Below are positions 53,301-62,509 of a stretch of DNA of 64,000 nucleotides, piece by piece. The translations under genes and the position numbers were made by a program. The notes under the pieces are model-generated. The model saw only the letters and a program-made list of their open reading frames with translations. It had not been told where the DNA came from and did no database searches. Within the stretch, counting starts at the first letter, position 1, and each line of letters starts with the position of its first letter. This DNA comes from Eledone cirrhosa (lineage: Eukaryota). The stretch covers positions 98,704,001-98,768,000 of the forward strand of contig OZ024746.1 of the NCBI GenBank assembly GCA_964016885.1, in the 5' to 3' direction.

Positions 53301-56300
53301 ATGACAACGTACCAGTTACGTACTGGGGCTGATATAATCAACCTACTCCTTCTCTTAATGAATGTAGTGGATTGACAGTATTGGTAGAGCAATGGTACAA
53401 AATGCTTTGCTGTATTTAGTTATGACTTTCTATGTTCTGAGTTCAAATCCCACTGAGGCCAACTTTGCCTTTTATCCTTCTAGGGTCAATAAAGTACCAG
53501 TTAAGTACTGAGTTGATATAATCGACTTTCTCCTTCCCCAAAATTGCTAGCCTTGTACCAATGAAAGAAAGGATCATCATCATCATCACCATCACCATTT
53601 AATGTCCATTTTCCATGTTAGCATGGGTCAGATAGGTTGTCCTATTTGAGGCAATTCGGGTCGGATGACCATGTCATGCTCATATAGAACTGATTTAGGC
53701 TTGATTTTTACGGCTGGCTGCCCTTCCGAATACCAACTCTATTTATAGTGTGGGCTGAACACTTTTTGTTGTGACACCTACATGACTACATTACAGTGTC
53801 GACTGGGTGTTTTTTGTCATGATACCTACACGACCACTTTACAGTGTCGGCTAGGTACTTTTTTTCATGACACCTATGGCCACTTTACAGTGTAGGCTGA
53901 ATACTTTTTGTTGTGACACCTACATGACCATGTTAGTGTGGACAGGGTGCTTTTTGTTGTCATCACCACAACCACATTAGTGTGGACTGGGTGCTTTTTG
54001 TCGTGTCACCTACATGACCACTTTACAGTGTGGACTGGGTGCTTTTTGTCGTGACACCTACATGACCACTTTACAGTGTGGACTGGGTGCTTTTTGTTGT
54101 GACACCTACATGACCACTTTACAGTATGGACTGGGTGCTTTTTGTTGTGACACCTACATGACCACTTTATAGTTTGGACTGGGTGCTTTTTGTTGTGACA
54201 CCTACATGACCACTTTATAGTTTGGACTGGGTGCTTTTTGTTGTGACACCTACATGACCACTTTATAGTTTGAACTGGGCGCTCATTGTAGTGGCACCAA
54301 GATGACCACTTTAAAATATGGGTTGAAGACTTGGGTGTGGGAGGTGGATGTAGGGGTGGGGTGTTATGGCTTGGATGGGCTGATTACAATGTGGAAGGTG
54401 AATACTAGATGTATAACATTTTATGAAAATTGTTTAAACTTCAGTTTTTTTTTTTTTTTGTTTTTTTTTTGCAGCATCACTGTCGGAAATGTGGCATAGT
54501 AGTGTGCAACCCATGCTCTAGTAGTAAACTTCTTCTACCAAAGCAGTCATCAAAACCTCAGAGGGTATGCAATAATTGTTTCCAAGCATATGAAAATATT
54601 TCATCTGCTACTACACCGACTGAAATATGTAAGTATCTCCTTCATTTTCACTAATCAGTTGTTTATGAAAACTGTTATTTTTCTTACCCATTAATTCATA
54701 TAGTTTATTGCTTTCTGATTTTCGACTTCCCTACTGAAATATCAGAAGCTGCTTGTGTGGGTGCTTGGCTATTCCAACATCTTAGTCTCACTATCACTTT
54801 TGGTAATGCCATGAGTGACTTGGCTTACCTCAAAAATGTTTCAGAGGAAAACACTAGCATTCTTTGTCGTAGCATGTAATTGAATGTACAGATTTTGTTC
54901 TGGGTTCAAATGCCACCTGAAGTCAATGTTGCTTTTCATCCTTTTGGGAAGTGTGGGGGTCAATAAAATGAAGTACCAGTGAAAGACTGGAGTCAGTTTA
55001 ACCTTCAGCACGTTCTAGGTGCCTTATGTCGCTGATACAGTAATTTCTCTTTAATACATAATACAGTGTCAAGGGAAGCAATTCATTAAAATATTCAGCG
55101 TGCTAAAGGCTAACGGACTTGACTTTCCCCTCTATCAAAATGGCTGGATTCAAAGATTTTATTTCATTTCAGATTCCCCAACAAATGATGACGCAGATTC
55201 TTCTGCAGACGATTCATCAGATGATGACAATGAAGATGAAGAGAGAAACACATTTTTGGACAATCCTAACAATGCCAATTACCAGAACCAAAAGGTATTT
55301 GCTAGAACATCTGACATACTGACTTCTCTAAAATAGCCCCTGGTCCTGGTTCCACGAAATAACACCACTGGTTTTAAAGGGTTCCTATTTAAATTGAAAT
55401 CTTTCAACATAACTTGACATTAGAACATTTTATTAATGAAATAATTAATTAAAAAAAAAAAAAATTAGAATTCTTTTTTTTTTTTTGCTCTCACATAGCG
55501 GATGCGTAAATGCATTCATGAGTTTTATCATCATCCATTTATATCTGCTTTTCCCTGCTTACAATGGTGGGATGGATCCTATTCAGCACAGCATCTCTCC
55601 ATTTGTCACGGTCCTTCGATATTATTATTTTATATCAAATAATAATAATATTCAATTTGTTTGCAAACAAAAGGATGGCAATGGTCATCTAGAAAACACA
55701 ACATAATAAGGCTCTTTGCTTGCAAATTAATCGAATATTATCTATATATATAAAACTGAGGATGTCTGTCTGTGTGTGTGAGTTTGAATCCCTAAAACTC
55801 AAGAAACATCCAACAGACTGTTTTCAAACTTTACACATATAATACTTATGTTTCAGGGAGTGTTCTGAGCAAAATAAATTTCAAATTTTCAATGCCCTAG
55901 GGACCACATTAGGCGATTCAGCGATCTCTCTCTATAATTCTTAGTCTTTCTCTTTTTAGATAGATACATACATATAACGTTGCACCCTTATAATATCTGT
56001 CTGTATGTCTGGCTGTCTGCATTACGTCACTTCCTTAAGGTTGTGTGTGTCTGCGAGTTTGAATCCCCAAAACTCGAGAAATACCCAACCGACTTTTTTC
56101 AAACTTTACATGTGTATTATTTATGTTTGAGGGAGTGTTATGCACATAAAAATTCAACTTTTTGATCCCCTAGGGCCCGCATTAGGTGAAAAACTGCGTT
56201 TTTGAGGGGTTTTTTGAGGCGTTGCATCAGACCGATTTCCTTGAAATTGTAACTATGTATTAGTCAGTCTCTTTCTCATACAATGGGCAAAGAAAATCCA

Positions 56301-58327
56301 ACTTTTTTATGGCCTAGAGCCCGCATTAGGTGAAAAACTTCATTTTTTCAGCTTTTTAGGGCTTTTTTGAGGCGTTACGTCTAGCCGATTTTCCCAAAAT
56401 TTCAAGGCATATTATGCACATAAAAAAATTCATTTTCTTGATCCCCTAGGGCCCGCATTAGGTGAAAACCTGCATTTTTCCTGCTTCATCGAGTAAAATC
56501 TTAAAGATTATCCAGCCATCAGAGTATTCGGTTTATTTTCTTTACATATTGTCCAGGCATGCAGTTTTTCCATGATTAGGTCTGTTGGCCACCCGCGTTC
56601 CAAAATACCTTATCCTGTGCAACGCCGGGTACCACTGCTAGTTTGATATAAAATTCATGAAATAATTAATGATTTTAATAAATCCCTTCAAATTCTTTAT
56701 TAATTAATTCAAATACACGCACACACACATAGATAGGATGTGGTAGCTTGGAGATGGAGTCGATCCAGGTAGAGCAGCTTTATTTCTACATCAATAGATG
56801 AGCACTGGTAGTGCGGATGTGTGGTTAAAATATCTGAGGAAAGAATTGCAGGACAGATTTTCTGAGCAAAGCCACCTGGCCAGAGACTCAGATCGGGAGC
56901 ATGATGGTTGGATAATATCCATAGTCGGATTAAGTGCAAAGGATTGCTTCTAATAGTTCCAAACACTAGACTAATAATAAAGAAAATAAGTTATATTACT
57001 CTAAATTCTTAATTATTTTCAAAATAATTTGATGATCATAGGCAGTCTTCCATTAAAAATATGGCGAGGAAGAGGTTAAGCTTCATGGTGACTTCTAGAA
57101 AACAATTGGAAACTTCTCTCAGATATCCAGCTTAACCTTCTTGGCACTGTCGGTGATATAAGTCACTGATAGAGTAATCTCTCCTTAATACATAATACAG
57201 TGTCAAGGGAAGTAATTTGTTAAAATAATTCAGTGTCATAAAGGTTAAACTTCTGCATCATTAAAAGCGGACTGTGGGAATTGTCTCTTTGACTTTGTTC
57301 ATTTCATTCAGCCCCATTGCTCTCTGTGGAGCATACGCCATTGACGAACCTCCACCATTGACGACCCTACGCCATTGACGACCCTACGCCACTGACGACC
57401 CTCTGCCACTGACGACCCTCTGCCATTGACGACCCTCCACCATCGTACACCATCCTGGGCCACTCCAGTTGTCTTCCAGTTTTCTTAATTCAGCCTCAGT
57501 GTCATGACTCCATCTGCTGCGAGGGCAGTCTCTCTTCCTCTTACTCTGCTGTTTCCAGGTCAGGGCTTGGCATGTGGTGTTGGATGCTGGTTTCCTGAGG
57601 GTATGTCTAATCCAGCTCCACTTCTTCCGCAGCATCTGCTATGCCACTGGTTCCTGTCCCGCTTGCTCCCATAGATCTTTGTTTTTGATCTGCTACGGCC
57701 ATTTGATGCTGGACAGGTCAATAGGTAGGTGTCAGACTATTGGGGACCACCTCACCTAGAGGCTCAATAGCTTTGTGTGGGCTAACAACTCGTCATCACC
57801 ATCATTTTACATCCATTTTTCCATGCTGGCATGGGTTAGACGAGGTGTTCTGTTGTGGGCAATGCTAGGTCAGGTGACCAGGTCTTGCTCATACAGAACT
57901 ATTTCTGGCATGGTTTCTACTGCTGGATGCCCTTCCTAACGCCAACCTCATTTATGAGTATTAGGTGCCTTTTATCGTGACACCTACACAACCACTTTAC
58001 AATGTGGACTGGATGTTTTTTGCCGTACACGACTACTTTACAGAGTGTACTGGGTGCTTTTTGTCGTGACACCTATATGACCACTTTACAGTGTGGACTG
58101 GGTGCTTTTTTGCCGTGGCACCTCCATGACCACTTTGCAGTGGAATGATATGGACCCCAGTCCCTATCATCTCATTTCTACAGCTGAGTAAACTGGAGCA
58201 ATGTGAAATAAAGTGTCTTGCTCAAGGAAACAACACATCACCCGGTCTGAAAATTGAACTCACAACCTTTCGATTACAAGGCCAATGTTCTAACCACTAA
58301 GCCATGTGCCTCCATACATACGTATAT

Positions 58328-58359
<32 letters not shown>

Positions 58360-59307
58360 TAGAAAAAAATTAGGATTTAGCTTCATGCATAGCTGCATAC
58401 AGATATGTATAAAAATTTCTATTTCTAAAGAAATACAGTATATTTATGTATAAACATTTAGAAAGCCGTAGCTATGCAAAACACCAGGGCTATCGCCCTC
58501 TGGTGGTGTCCAGCAGAAGTAAGGGGGACAATCAGTGCAGTATTATATGTATTACAAGAGTATCAGTGCAGTATTATCAGCTGATTCCTCTTATATTCAC
58601 CCATCTACATGTGTGTGTCTATGTGTAAATCCTGACTCATACACTGTTCACTTTCCTGACATTTGTTCATTATTCTGTGTACTATATATGCACATTTTAT
58701 GAGGTGCAATGCACCTGAGCACTGTACACAATAATTTTCATTATTGGCAGTATCGGTAGAGGGTTGGACGCCATGCTTTGCAGCATAGAGTTACAGACCT
58801 TTACAGTGTTAGTTCAGACTGAGGTTAACTTTGCCTTTCATCCTTACAGGATCAATAAAATATAGTACCAGTAATGCACTGGGTAATTGCTGGCCCTGTG
58901 CCAAAAGTAGAAACATTATTATATCCATTTTTTCCCCACTGCTTTATTATTCATGCAAAATAACATAACACATTCAGTGCCTATGTTTCACTATTATGCA
59001 AAATTGCATTTCATACACATCTACTTTTATTTGGAGAGAAGAAACAACTGCATCAGTTATTAGCAACACAACGACTTTACAGTGTGGACTGGGTGCTTCT
59101 TGTCATGTGACCAACACAACGACTTTACAGTGTGGACTGGGTGCTTCTTGTCGTGTGATCAACACGACCACTTTACAGTGTGGACTGGGTGCTTCTTGTC
59201 GTGTGACCAACAGGACCACTTTACAGTGTGGACTGGGTGTTTCCTGTCATGTGACCAACTATCTTATCTATTTCCAGGTACAGTTTTATGAACAAGAAGG
59301 AATGTAA
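19927..59307 (+). CDS. PLEKHF2: PH- and FYVE-domain protein Phafin2/PLEKHF2 orthologue, spliced, 5'-incomplete (8 exons found)
   Basis: Joined exons 19927-19991, 25624-25761, 32640-32703, 47166-47291, 48354-48463, 54475-54628, 55173-55294, 59278-59307 translate in frame as [269 protein letters not shown]. This is collinear with the human PLEKHF2 sequence as I recall it. All introns are GT-AG with matching phases. Confidence 0.93.
20115..20284. mobile_element. hAT/Charlie-like MITE
   Basis: TIRs tagtagttcttaacc / ggttaagaaccactg with 8-bp TSD ttttagac/ttttaaac. Related relics at ~25130-25462, 32790-32845, 34435-34680. Confidence 0.7.
22014..24406. mobile_element. TcMar (pogo/Tc2-like) non-autonomous element carrying a 1.9 kb 15-bp minisatellite
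   Basis: TIRs ccgtatatgccagcgtacaagtcga / tcgacttgtatgccggcatatacag, with TA duplication at 22012-13 and 24407-08. Confidence 0.8.
22240..24150. repeat. 15-bp minisatellite G(G/A)TAACCTA(C/A)CCTA(T/C), ~127 units
   Basis: Exact period of 15 with a few recurring variants. Confidence 0.97.
25624..25761 (+). CDS. PLEKHF2: PLEKHF2 coding exon B (PH domain start: [36 protein letters not shown])
   Basis: ctttcctctgtag acceptor and gtaggc donor; 138 nt, phase 0/0; near-identical to the Phafin PH strands. Confidence 0.95.
25875..27102. repeat. TG/CA/TA microsatellite cluster including a 12-bp CATACGTATACA array (26412-26735)
   Basis: Visible; source of many spurious ORFs. Confidence 0.9.
28047..28718. 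mobile_element. Tigger-like TcMar MITE interrupted by a SINE
   Basis: TA-cagtagaacc...ggaatccctg-TA degenerate TIRs; SINE at 28199-28523 inside. Confidence 0.55.
29029..32560 (-). mobile_element. CR1-clade LINE, 5'-truncated, antisense in PLEKHF2 intron B-C
   Basis: ORF1 C-terminal remnant (IAIGVPE...[16 protein letters not shown]), ORF2 with APE and RT, 3'UTR and (ATT)n tail. More GC-rich than the flanks. Confidence 0.92.
29307..32058 (-). pseudogene. CR1 ORF2 (AP endonuclease + reverse transcriptase) split by two frameshifts near 31780 and 31083
   Basis: APE motifs LNARSL, VTETW, GGGV, YRPP, GDFN, LDL, SDH. RT motifs [33 protein letters not shown]1-type C-terminus TRGH...[14 protein letters not shown]. 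Confidence 0.92.
32640..32703 (+). CDS. PLEKHF2: PLEKHF2 coding exon C ([21 protein letters not shown])
   Basis: ttttttcag acceptor and gtaagt donor; 64 nt, phase 0/1; YNKQHIIPL is conserved in Phafin2. Confidence 0.93.
32876..33230 (-). mobile_element. tRNA-derived SINE family B (tRNA head, CORE-like TCCTTGAGCAAGACAC, 48-bp module, RTE-type tail); copies at 28199-28523, 33955-34160, 44394-44720 (+), 57794-58313
   Basis: Head GGAGGCACATGGCTTAGTGGTTAG...GAGTTCAATTCTC, internal hairpin ATGATAGGGAC-TGGG-GTCCCTATCAT, tail AGGGAAAAGCGGACGTAAAA(TGA)n. Many head-only and tail-only fragments elsewhere. Confidence 0.8.
33333..33955 (-). mobile_element. Chapaev3-like (CMC) DNA transposon 3' fragment
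   Basis: [42 protein letters not shown] transposase C-terminus; terminus CACTGTGTAACA preceded by TAA (TWA target). Family assignment is from recalled motifs. Confidence 0.65.
35688..39352. repeat. 3.7 kb cryptic triplet satellite (CCA/CTA/CAA; units like CACCACCACAACTAC)
   Basis: Almost only C, A and T on the + strand; G appears only in late variant units (cactgccaacacttac). Confidence 0.95.
39611..39980 (+). repeat. 99-bp tandem amplification (~3.7 copies) inside an RTE fragment
   Basis: atagagccgatacttctccg recurs at 39611, 39710, 39809, 39908. Confidence 0.9.
40795..41195 (-). mobile_element. CRE-clade fragment (related to 45390-46210); a third decayed piece at ~43525-43680 (-)
   Basis: [55 protein letters not shown]. 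Confidence 0.65.
41222..42795. repeat. 40/42-bp minisatellite (tattaacacc[ac]accccaccatatattgtatacaaacctYca)
   Basis: Two length variants differing by AC; merges into the CAC/CAA triplet tract. Confidence 0.95.
42796..43520. repeat. (CAC/CAA/CAT)n triplet tract; similar tract at 40375-40610
   Basis: Visible. Confidence 0.9.
43797..44057. repeat. CR1 3'UTR fragment followed by six 31-35-bp units (tagtacatagaataatacaca(ta)n)
   Basis: Matches 29030-29112; the unit begins with a CR1 3'UTR segment. Confidence 0.8.
45390..46210 (+). mobile_element. CRE-clade (restriction-like endonuclease) non-LTR retrotransposon 3' fragment
   Basis: KRPD.MTIF...G.PLLWD...[20 protein letters not shown]...[10 protein letters not shown]...[14 protein letters not shown] fits the PD-(D/E)xK RLE C-terminus of CRE-like elements. 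Confidence 0.7.
47166..47291 (+). CDS. PLEKHF2: PLEKHF2 coding exon D (PH domain end: [35 protein letters not shown])
   Basis: ttttgcag acceptor and gtaagt donor; 126 nt, phase 1/1; contains the PH C-terminal helix Trp (EKSEWM). Confidence 0.95.
47940..48334. mobile_element. TTAA-flanked MITE family 3, internally duplicated
   Basis: TTAACCCTTT...AAAGGGTTAA ends; two ~180-bp copies of actaagatactaa...ccagagctggttttgg. Another TTAA family lies at 19572-19808. Confidence 0.6.
48354..48463 (+). CDS. PLEKHF2: PLEKHF2 coding exon E (FYVE start: [26 protein letters not shown])
   Basis: ctatttcag acceptor and gtaagt donor; 110 nt, phase 1/0; WxxD motif and first CxxC. Confidence 0.95.
49584..50212. 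repeat. GT-rich degenerate minisatellite built on TGTTGTACATG
   Basis: Visible. Confidence 0.9.
51670..52388. repeat. SINE-B-derived 48/46-bp minisatellite; related arrays at 17590-18040, 53740-54320, 57960-58140, 59070-59260
   Basis: The unit aaagtggtcgtgtaggtgtcacgacaaaaagcacccagcccacactgt is the internal module of SINE B. Confidence 0.9.
54475..54628 (+). CDS. PLEKHF2: PLEKHF2 coding exon F (FYVE core: [15 protein letters not shown]...QRVCNNC)
   Basis: Long poly-T + gcag acceptor and gtaagt donor; 154 nt, phase 0/1; completes the RRHHCRKCG and RVC motifs. Confidence 0.95.
55173..55294 (+). CDS. PLEKHF2: PLEKHF2 coding exon G (acidic tail [19 protein letters not shown])
   Basis: atttcatttcag acceptor in phase 1; Asp/Ser-rich tail like the Phafin2 polyD motif. 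Weak AAG/gtattt donor at 55295; read-through would stop at 55336. Confidence 0.85.
55741..56641 (+). mobile_element. Non-autonomous Helitron
   Basis: 5' TCTATATATATAAAA followed by GTCT/GT microsatellite; subterminal hairpin cctgtgcaacgccggg; 3' CTAG; inserted between A and T with no TSD; internal repeats of tagggcccgcattaggtgaaaa. Confidence 0.8.
57132..57248. mobile_element. TTAA-flanked MITE family 2 (~115 bp); copies at ~2112-2225, 54997-55113, 60870-60970
   Basis: TTAA-CCTT...AAGG-TTAA ends and shared core taatacataatacagtgtcaagggaag. Confidence 0.7.
57300..57720 (-). mobile_element. RTE-clade LINE 3' fragment (different family)
   Basis: [24 protein letters not shown]...[11 protein letters not shown]; includes a short 17-bp tandem duplication at 57338-57440. 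Confidence 0.75.
59278..59307 (+). CDS. PLEKHF2: Probable terminal PLEKHF2 exon (VQFYEQEGM*) followed by AT-rich 3'UTR
   Basis: atcttatctatttccag acceptor in phase 0, matching the 55294 donor. TAA stop, then unique AT-rich sequence with poly(A) signals. Confidence 0.6.
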   Translation, partial: VQFYEQEGM

Positions 59308-59451
59308 AATACATTTGTGCCAGTGAACTTGCAGTAAGAACATTCATTTACAGCAACAATGAAATATTTAAAAGAAATATTCACAATTCCCTATTTTATA
59401 AACCAAAAACCAACAACCGAATGTGTACATTATTTACGTGACATCAACCTG

Positions 59452-59461
59452 ATTAAATAAA
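59452..59461 (+). terminator. Candidate polyadenylation signal (overlapping ATTAAA/AATAAA); another AATAAA at 60011
   Basis: About 145 nt after the predicted stop codon. The motif is common in AT-rich DNA, so support is weak. Confidence 0.35.
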
Positions 59462-60089
59462 AAGGTAGCTTTAAAAAAAGGTTGAAAAATTAATGGAATA
59501 ACAATTTTGAAAGAATTAAACAAAATGTTTAAAAAATCTAACAGCAGAGATGATTTTTATATTACTAAAGTCTGTCCACTTCGATAACACATCGTCTTTC
59601 TTATACTCTTCACAATCTGGCTAATGAGGAAACTTCTATGCAGTCAATTAACTTGCTAGAAATAGCAGCCAAATCTTCCTCAGATCATACCCTAACACTC
59701 TTTTTGAAAAGGACACATTTCAAAATGTAGTCCTAGATGAACTGTGTCTGAAAAAAATCAGAATGGTTAAAGCTTCAGCACCTTTAATCAGAAGTCTGCA
59801 GAATTGGGGTTGACCTGGGGCAAAACAACACTTCTCAACTTCTAAACCCTCCAGCACTAACATACAGAATCTATTAAAACCATTCTATCTTCCCTATCAC
59901 TTGCAAACATCTGTTTTATTTGAATTAAAATGTTCAGTTAACACAACTTCAGATTCAGAAACAAGAAAATTTAAAACATAACTTTATTCATTAAAGAATT
60001 TTTTTTAAAGAATAAATCTTGAAATTTGAAGGATTTTGGGTTTTTATTTAAGAATTCTGTCTGAGATGCTTAACCTTTTCATTCTTCTT

Positions 60090-60420
60090 GTGACGCTAAA
60101 CTCCGCCAGTTGCAGACTGCACATCAACATGAGATATCTTTCTCTACAAAGTTTTATCACCAGCAGCAGAGTTCAAAGATCAAGTCCTGTCCATAAGTTG
60201 ACATTATCAAGCCATCGTTTTGGATGCTGGCCTCTGCTTCTCTTACTAGCCAACCTGTGTTAATTGGACAAGGTCACTTCAGAAGCTCTCTACATTCCAG
60301 AACCACATCATGAGACTTATGACTGGCAAGCGGCTCAGCGACCGTATCTGTATCAGTAAGCTGCTCAACATTACCAAACTTAGACCAATTACATCAGTTG
60401 TCAAGTCAAGAGTACTCAAA
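60090..60420. mobile_element. RTE-like LINE fragment with internal inversion
   Basis: The minus strand of 60180-60258 gives SKRSRGQHPKRWLDNVNLWTGL; the plus strand of 60295-60420 gives FQNHIMRLMTGKRLSDRICISKLL...KSRVLK. Confidence 0.65.
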
Positions 60421-61331
60421 CCTTTTCATTACCATATTTCTAATGAAAAACACTGCCTATCATTTTTAAATAATTCGAAAATAACAATTTAGAGTTTTTT
60501 TATATAACAAACTTTCTCATTATTAAGCTGTTAGGAACATAAAGGTTCTTACATAAAATTATGATGGAAGGCTTTTAAATAAATATTAACACTTTAACTC
60601 TGTAGCATTTAAACCGGCCAGAATTCTCTCACATCTTTCTGTTCAAACTGGTTGTAACTTGCAGCTCATACTGATGTTAAGGTATTATTCTCAAAATGAA
60701 TATCAAAATTTCATAGATTCAATATTATGTGAGATAAAGCCTTTACCATAAAAATATAATAGTAAATATAGAGTAATGTAGATGCTAAAGGGTTGAAACA
60801 AGTTTTATATTATAGAACCAGGGAGAGTTTGGTATCAAAAGGATTAAACTATTACATATCTGCAGAGACCTGCACATTTAATGTCACATGCTGAATTTTT
60901 TTTTATGAGTTGTTTCCCTTGACACTGCATTATGTATTAATGGGAGACTACTCTATGCACTGACAGTTAATGAAGATATGTACTAATACAAAGAGATATA
61001 GTCAGAGCGAAGGGTAACAATCATGACCTTTTTTTTTATTTTAATCTGAAGAATGGAGAGAGAAAAGGAAGAAGAAAAGACAAAAACCTGGTCTGAAAGT
61101 TTTTGACAATACGCATGACTATTAAAGTTACCAAGAGACATATTGTTATATTAATCTCTTCAGGGCCATGGAACTCCTTTCCTAGTTCATAACTTTAAAG
61201 CTAGATGGGATTACTAGTTTATTGATGAGACGTTTGTCAATCAAAATAGTAATTTTACTGAAATAAATACCCAATGGATTGTGTTTAGCAGCCAAGAATA
61301 GGTAGAGTCAACTCAATAGGCTGCTATATAC

Positions 61332-61487
61332 CAGGCATGTCAAACATGTGGCCCTTTACAAACACACCTGTGGCCCACACAATGGCTTTTACAACACGAG
61401 CATGTTTTATCTTCGTAAAATTAGTTGTAATGTGCGCAATGAATTGTCGTGTGTGGCCCTCTGGGGACCCTCAGTTTGACATGCCTG
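61332..61487. mobile_element. hAT-like MITE
   Basis: Perfect 14-bp TIR caggcatgtcaaac / gtttgacatgcctg; flanks ctatatac / ctataccc resemble an 8-bp TSD. Confidence 0.7.
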
Positions 61488-62111
61488 CTATACCCACTTA
61501 TTTAGCCAATTTCACCCGCAAGCCCAAATGGCCATGCTGCACCCATTAAATCAAATCATTTATTTTTAAAAATGTTAATTTATAAATTAAATTATGATTG
61601 TTTCAGATAATTTGAACTAAAACAAAATACATTTTGCATTTTATCTTTTCTACAGAACTATATCCCAATGATGGAACAAAATGCAGATTATTTAACAGAT
61701 CAAACATAATTAAGGAAAAAGATAAATTTGTGCTAAAAGCATGAGAAGATAGTTATAATTTTAAAAATGTTTAAATGTGTGGTTTTGAGCAATTGCAATG
61801 AGAAAATAAAAAGCTGTAAAACTCTTAAATTCTTCATGAGTTTTATATCAAATAATAATAATATTGGATTTATTTCCAAGCAAACAGCCTCATTACACTG
61901 TTTTATAGATGACCATTGCCATTCTGCCTGCCGTTCTAGCAGTGACAGAACAATCGACAACGTTGTTTCTGGGTTATTGCCCTTCGTCAAGATTGTGTAA
62001 TTCACTAGAATTCTTTAGAGTAGAAATAGTATGTTCTAAAGTATATATTGGGTGATTAGACTAATTAGCATACCAAGTAATATTATGGCTGGCTTTAGTG
62101 AAAATTAAAAA

Positions 62112-62509
62112 CAAAATTAGAATTTGGCTTTTCGTTTTAACATAGCGGATATGTAAATGCATTTGTGAGTTTGATATTGAATAATAATGGTTTCTTTTAT
62201 AGGCACAAGGCCAGCAATTTTAGGGGAGGAGAAAGTCGATTAAATCGACCCCAGTGCATTACTGGTACTTTATTTTATCGACCCCGTAAGGATGAAAGAC
62301 AAAGTTAACCTCGGCGGGATTTAAACTCAAATCATAAAGGGCTGTAAACTCTGGCGTCCGACCTACCGATACTGCCAATCCACCACCCTTTTATATCGAA
62401 TAATAATGAGGCTGTTTGCTTGCAAACGAATCGAATATTATTATTTGATATAATACAAATACATTTATGTATCTGCTATGTTAGAGCGGAAAACCAAATT
62501 CTAATTTTG
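62112..62509. mobile_element. Unclassified fold-back element with ~55-bp TIRs, interrupted by SINE A; related pieces at 55465-55740/56642-56660 and 61830-61890
   Basis: caaaattagaatttggcttttcgttttaacatagcggatatgtaaatgcatttgt pairs with acaaatacatttatgtatctgctatgttagagcggaaaaccaaattctaattttg. Confidence 0.6.
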
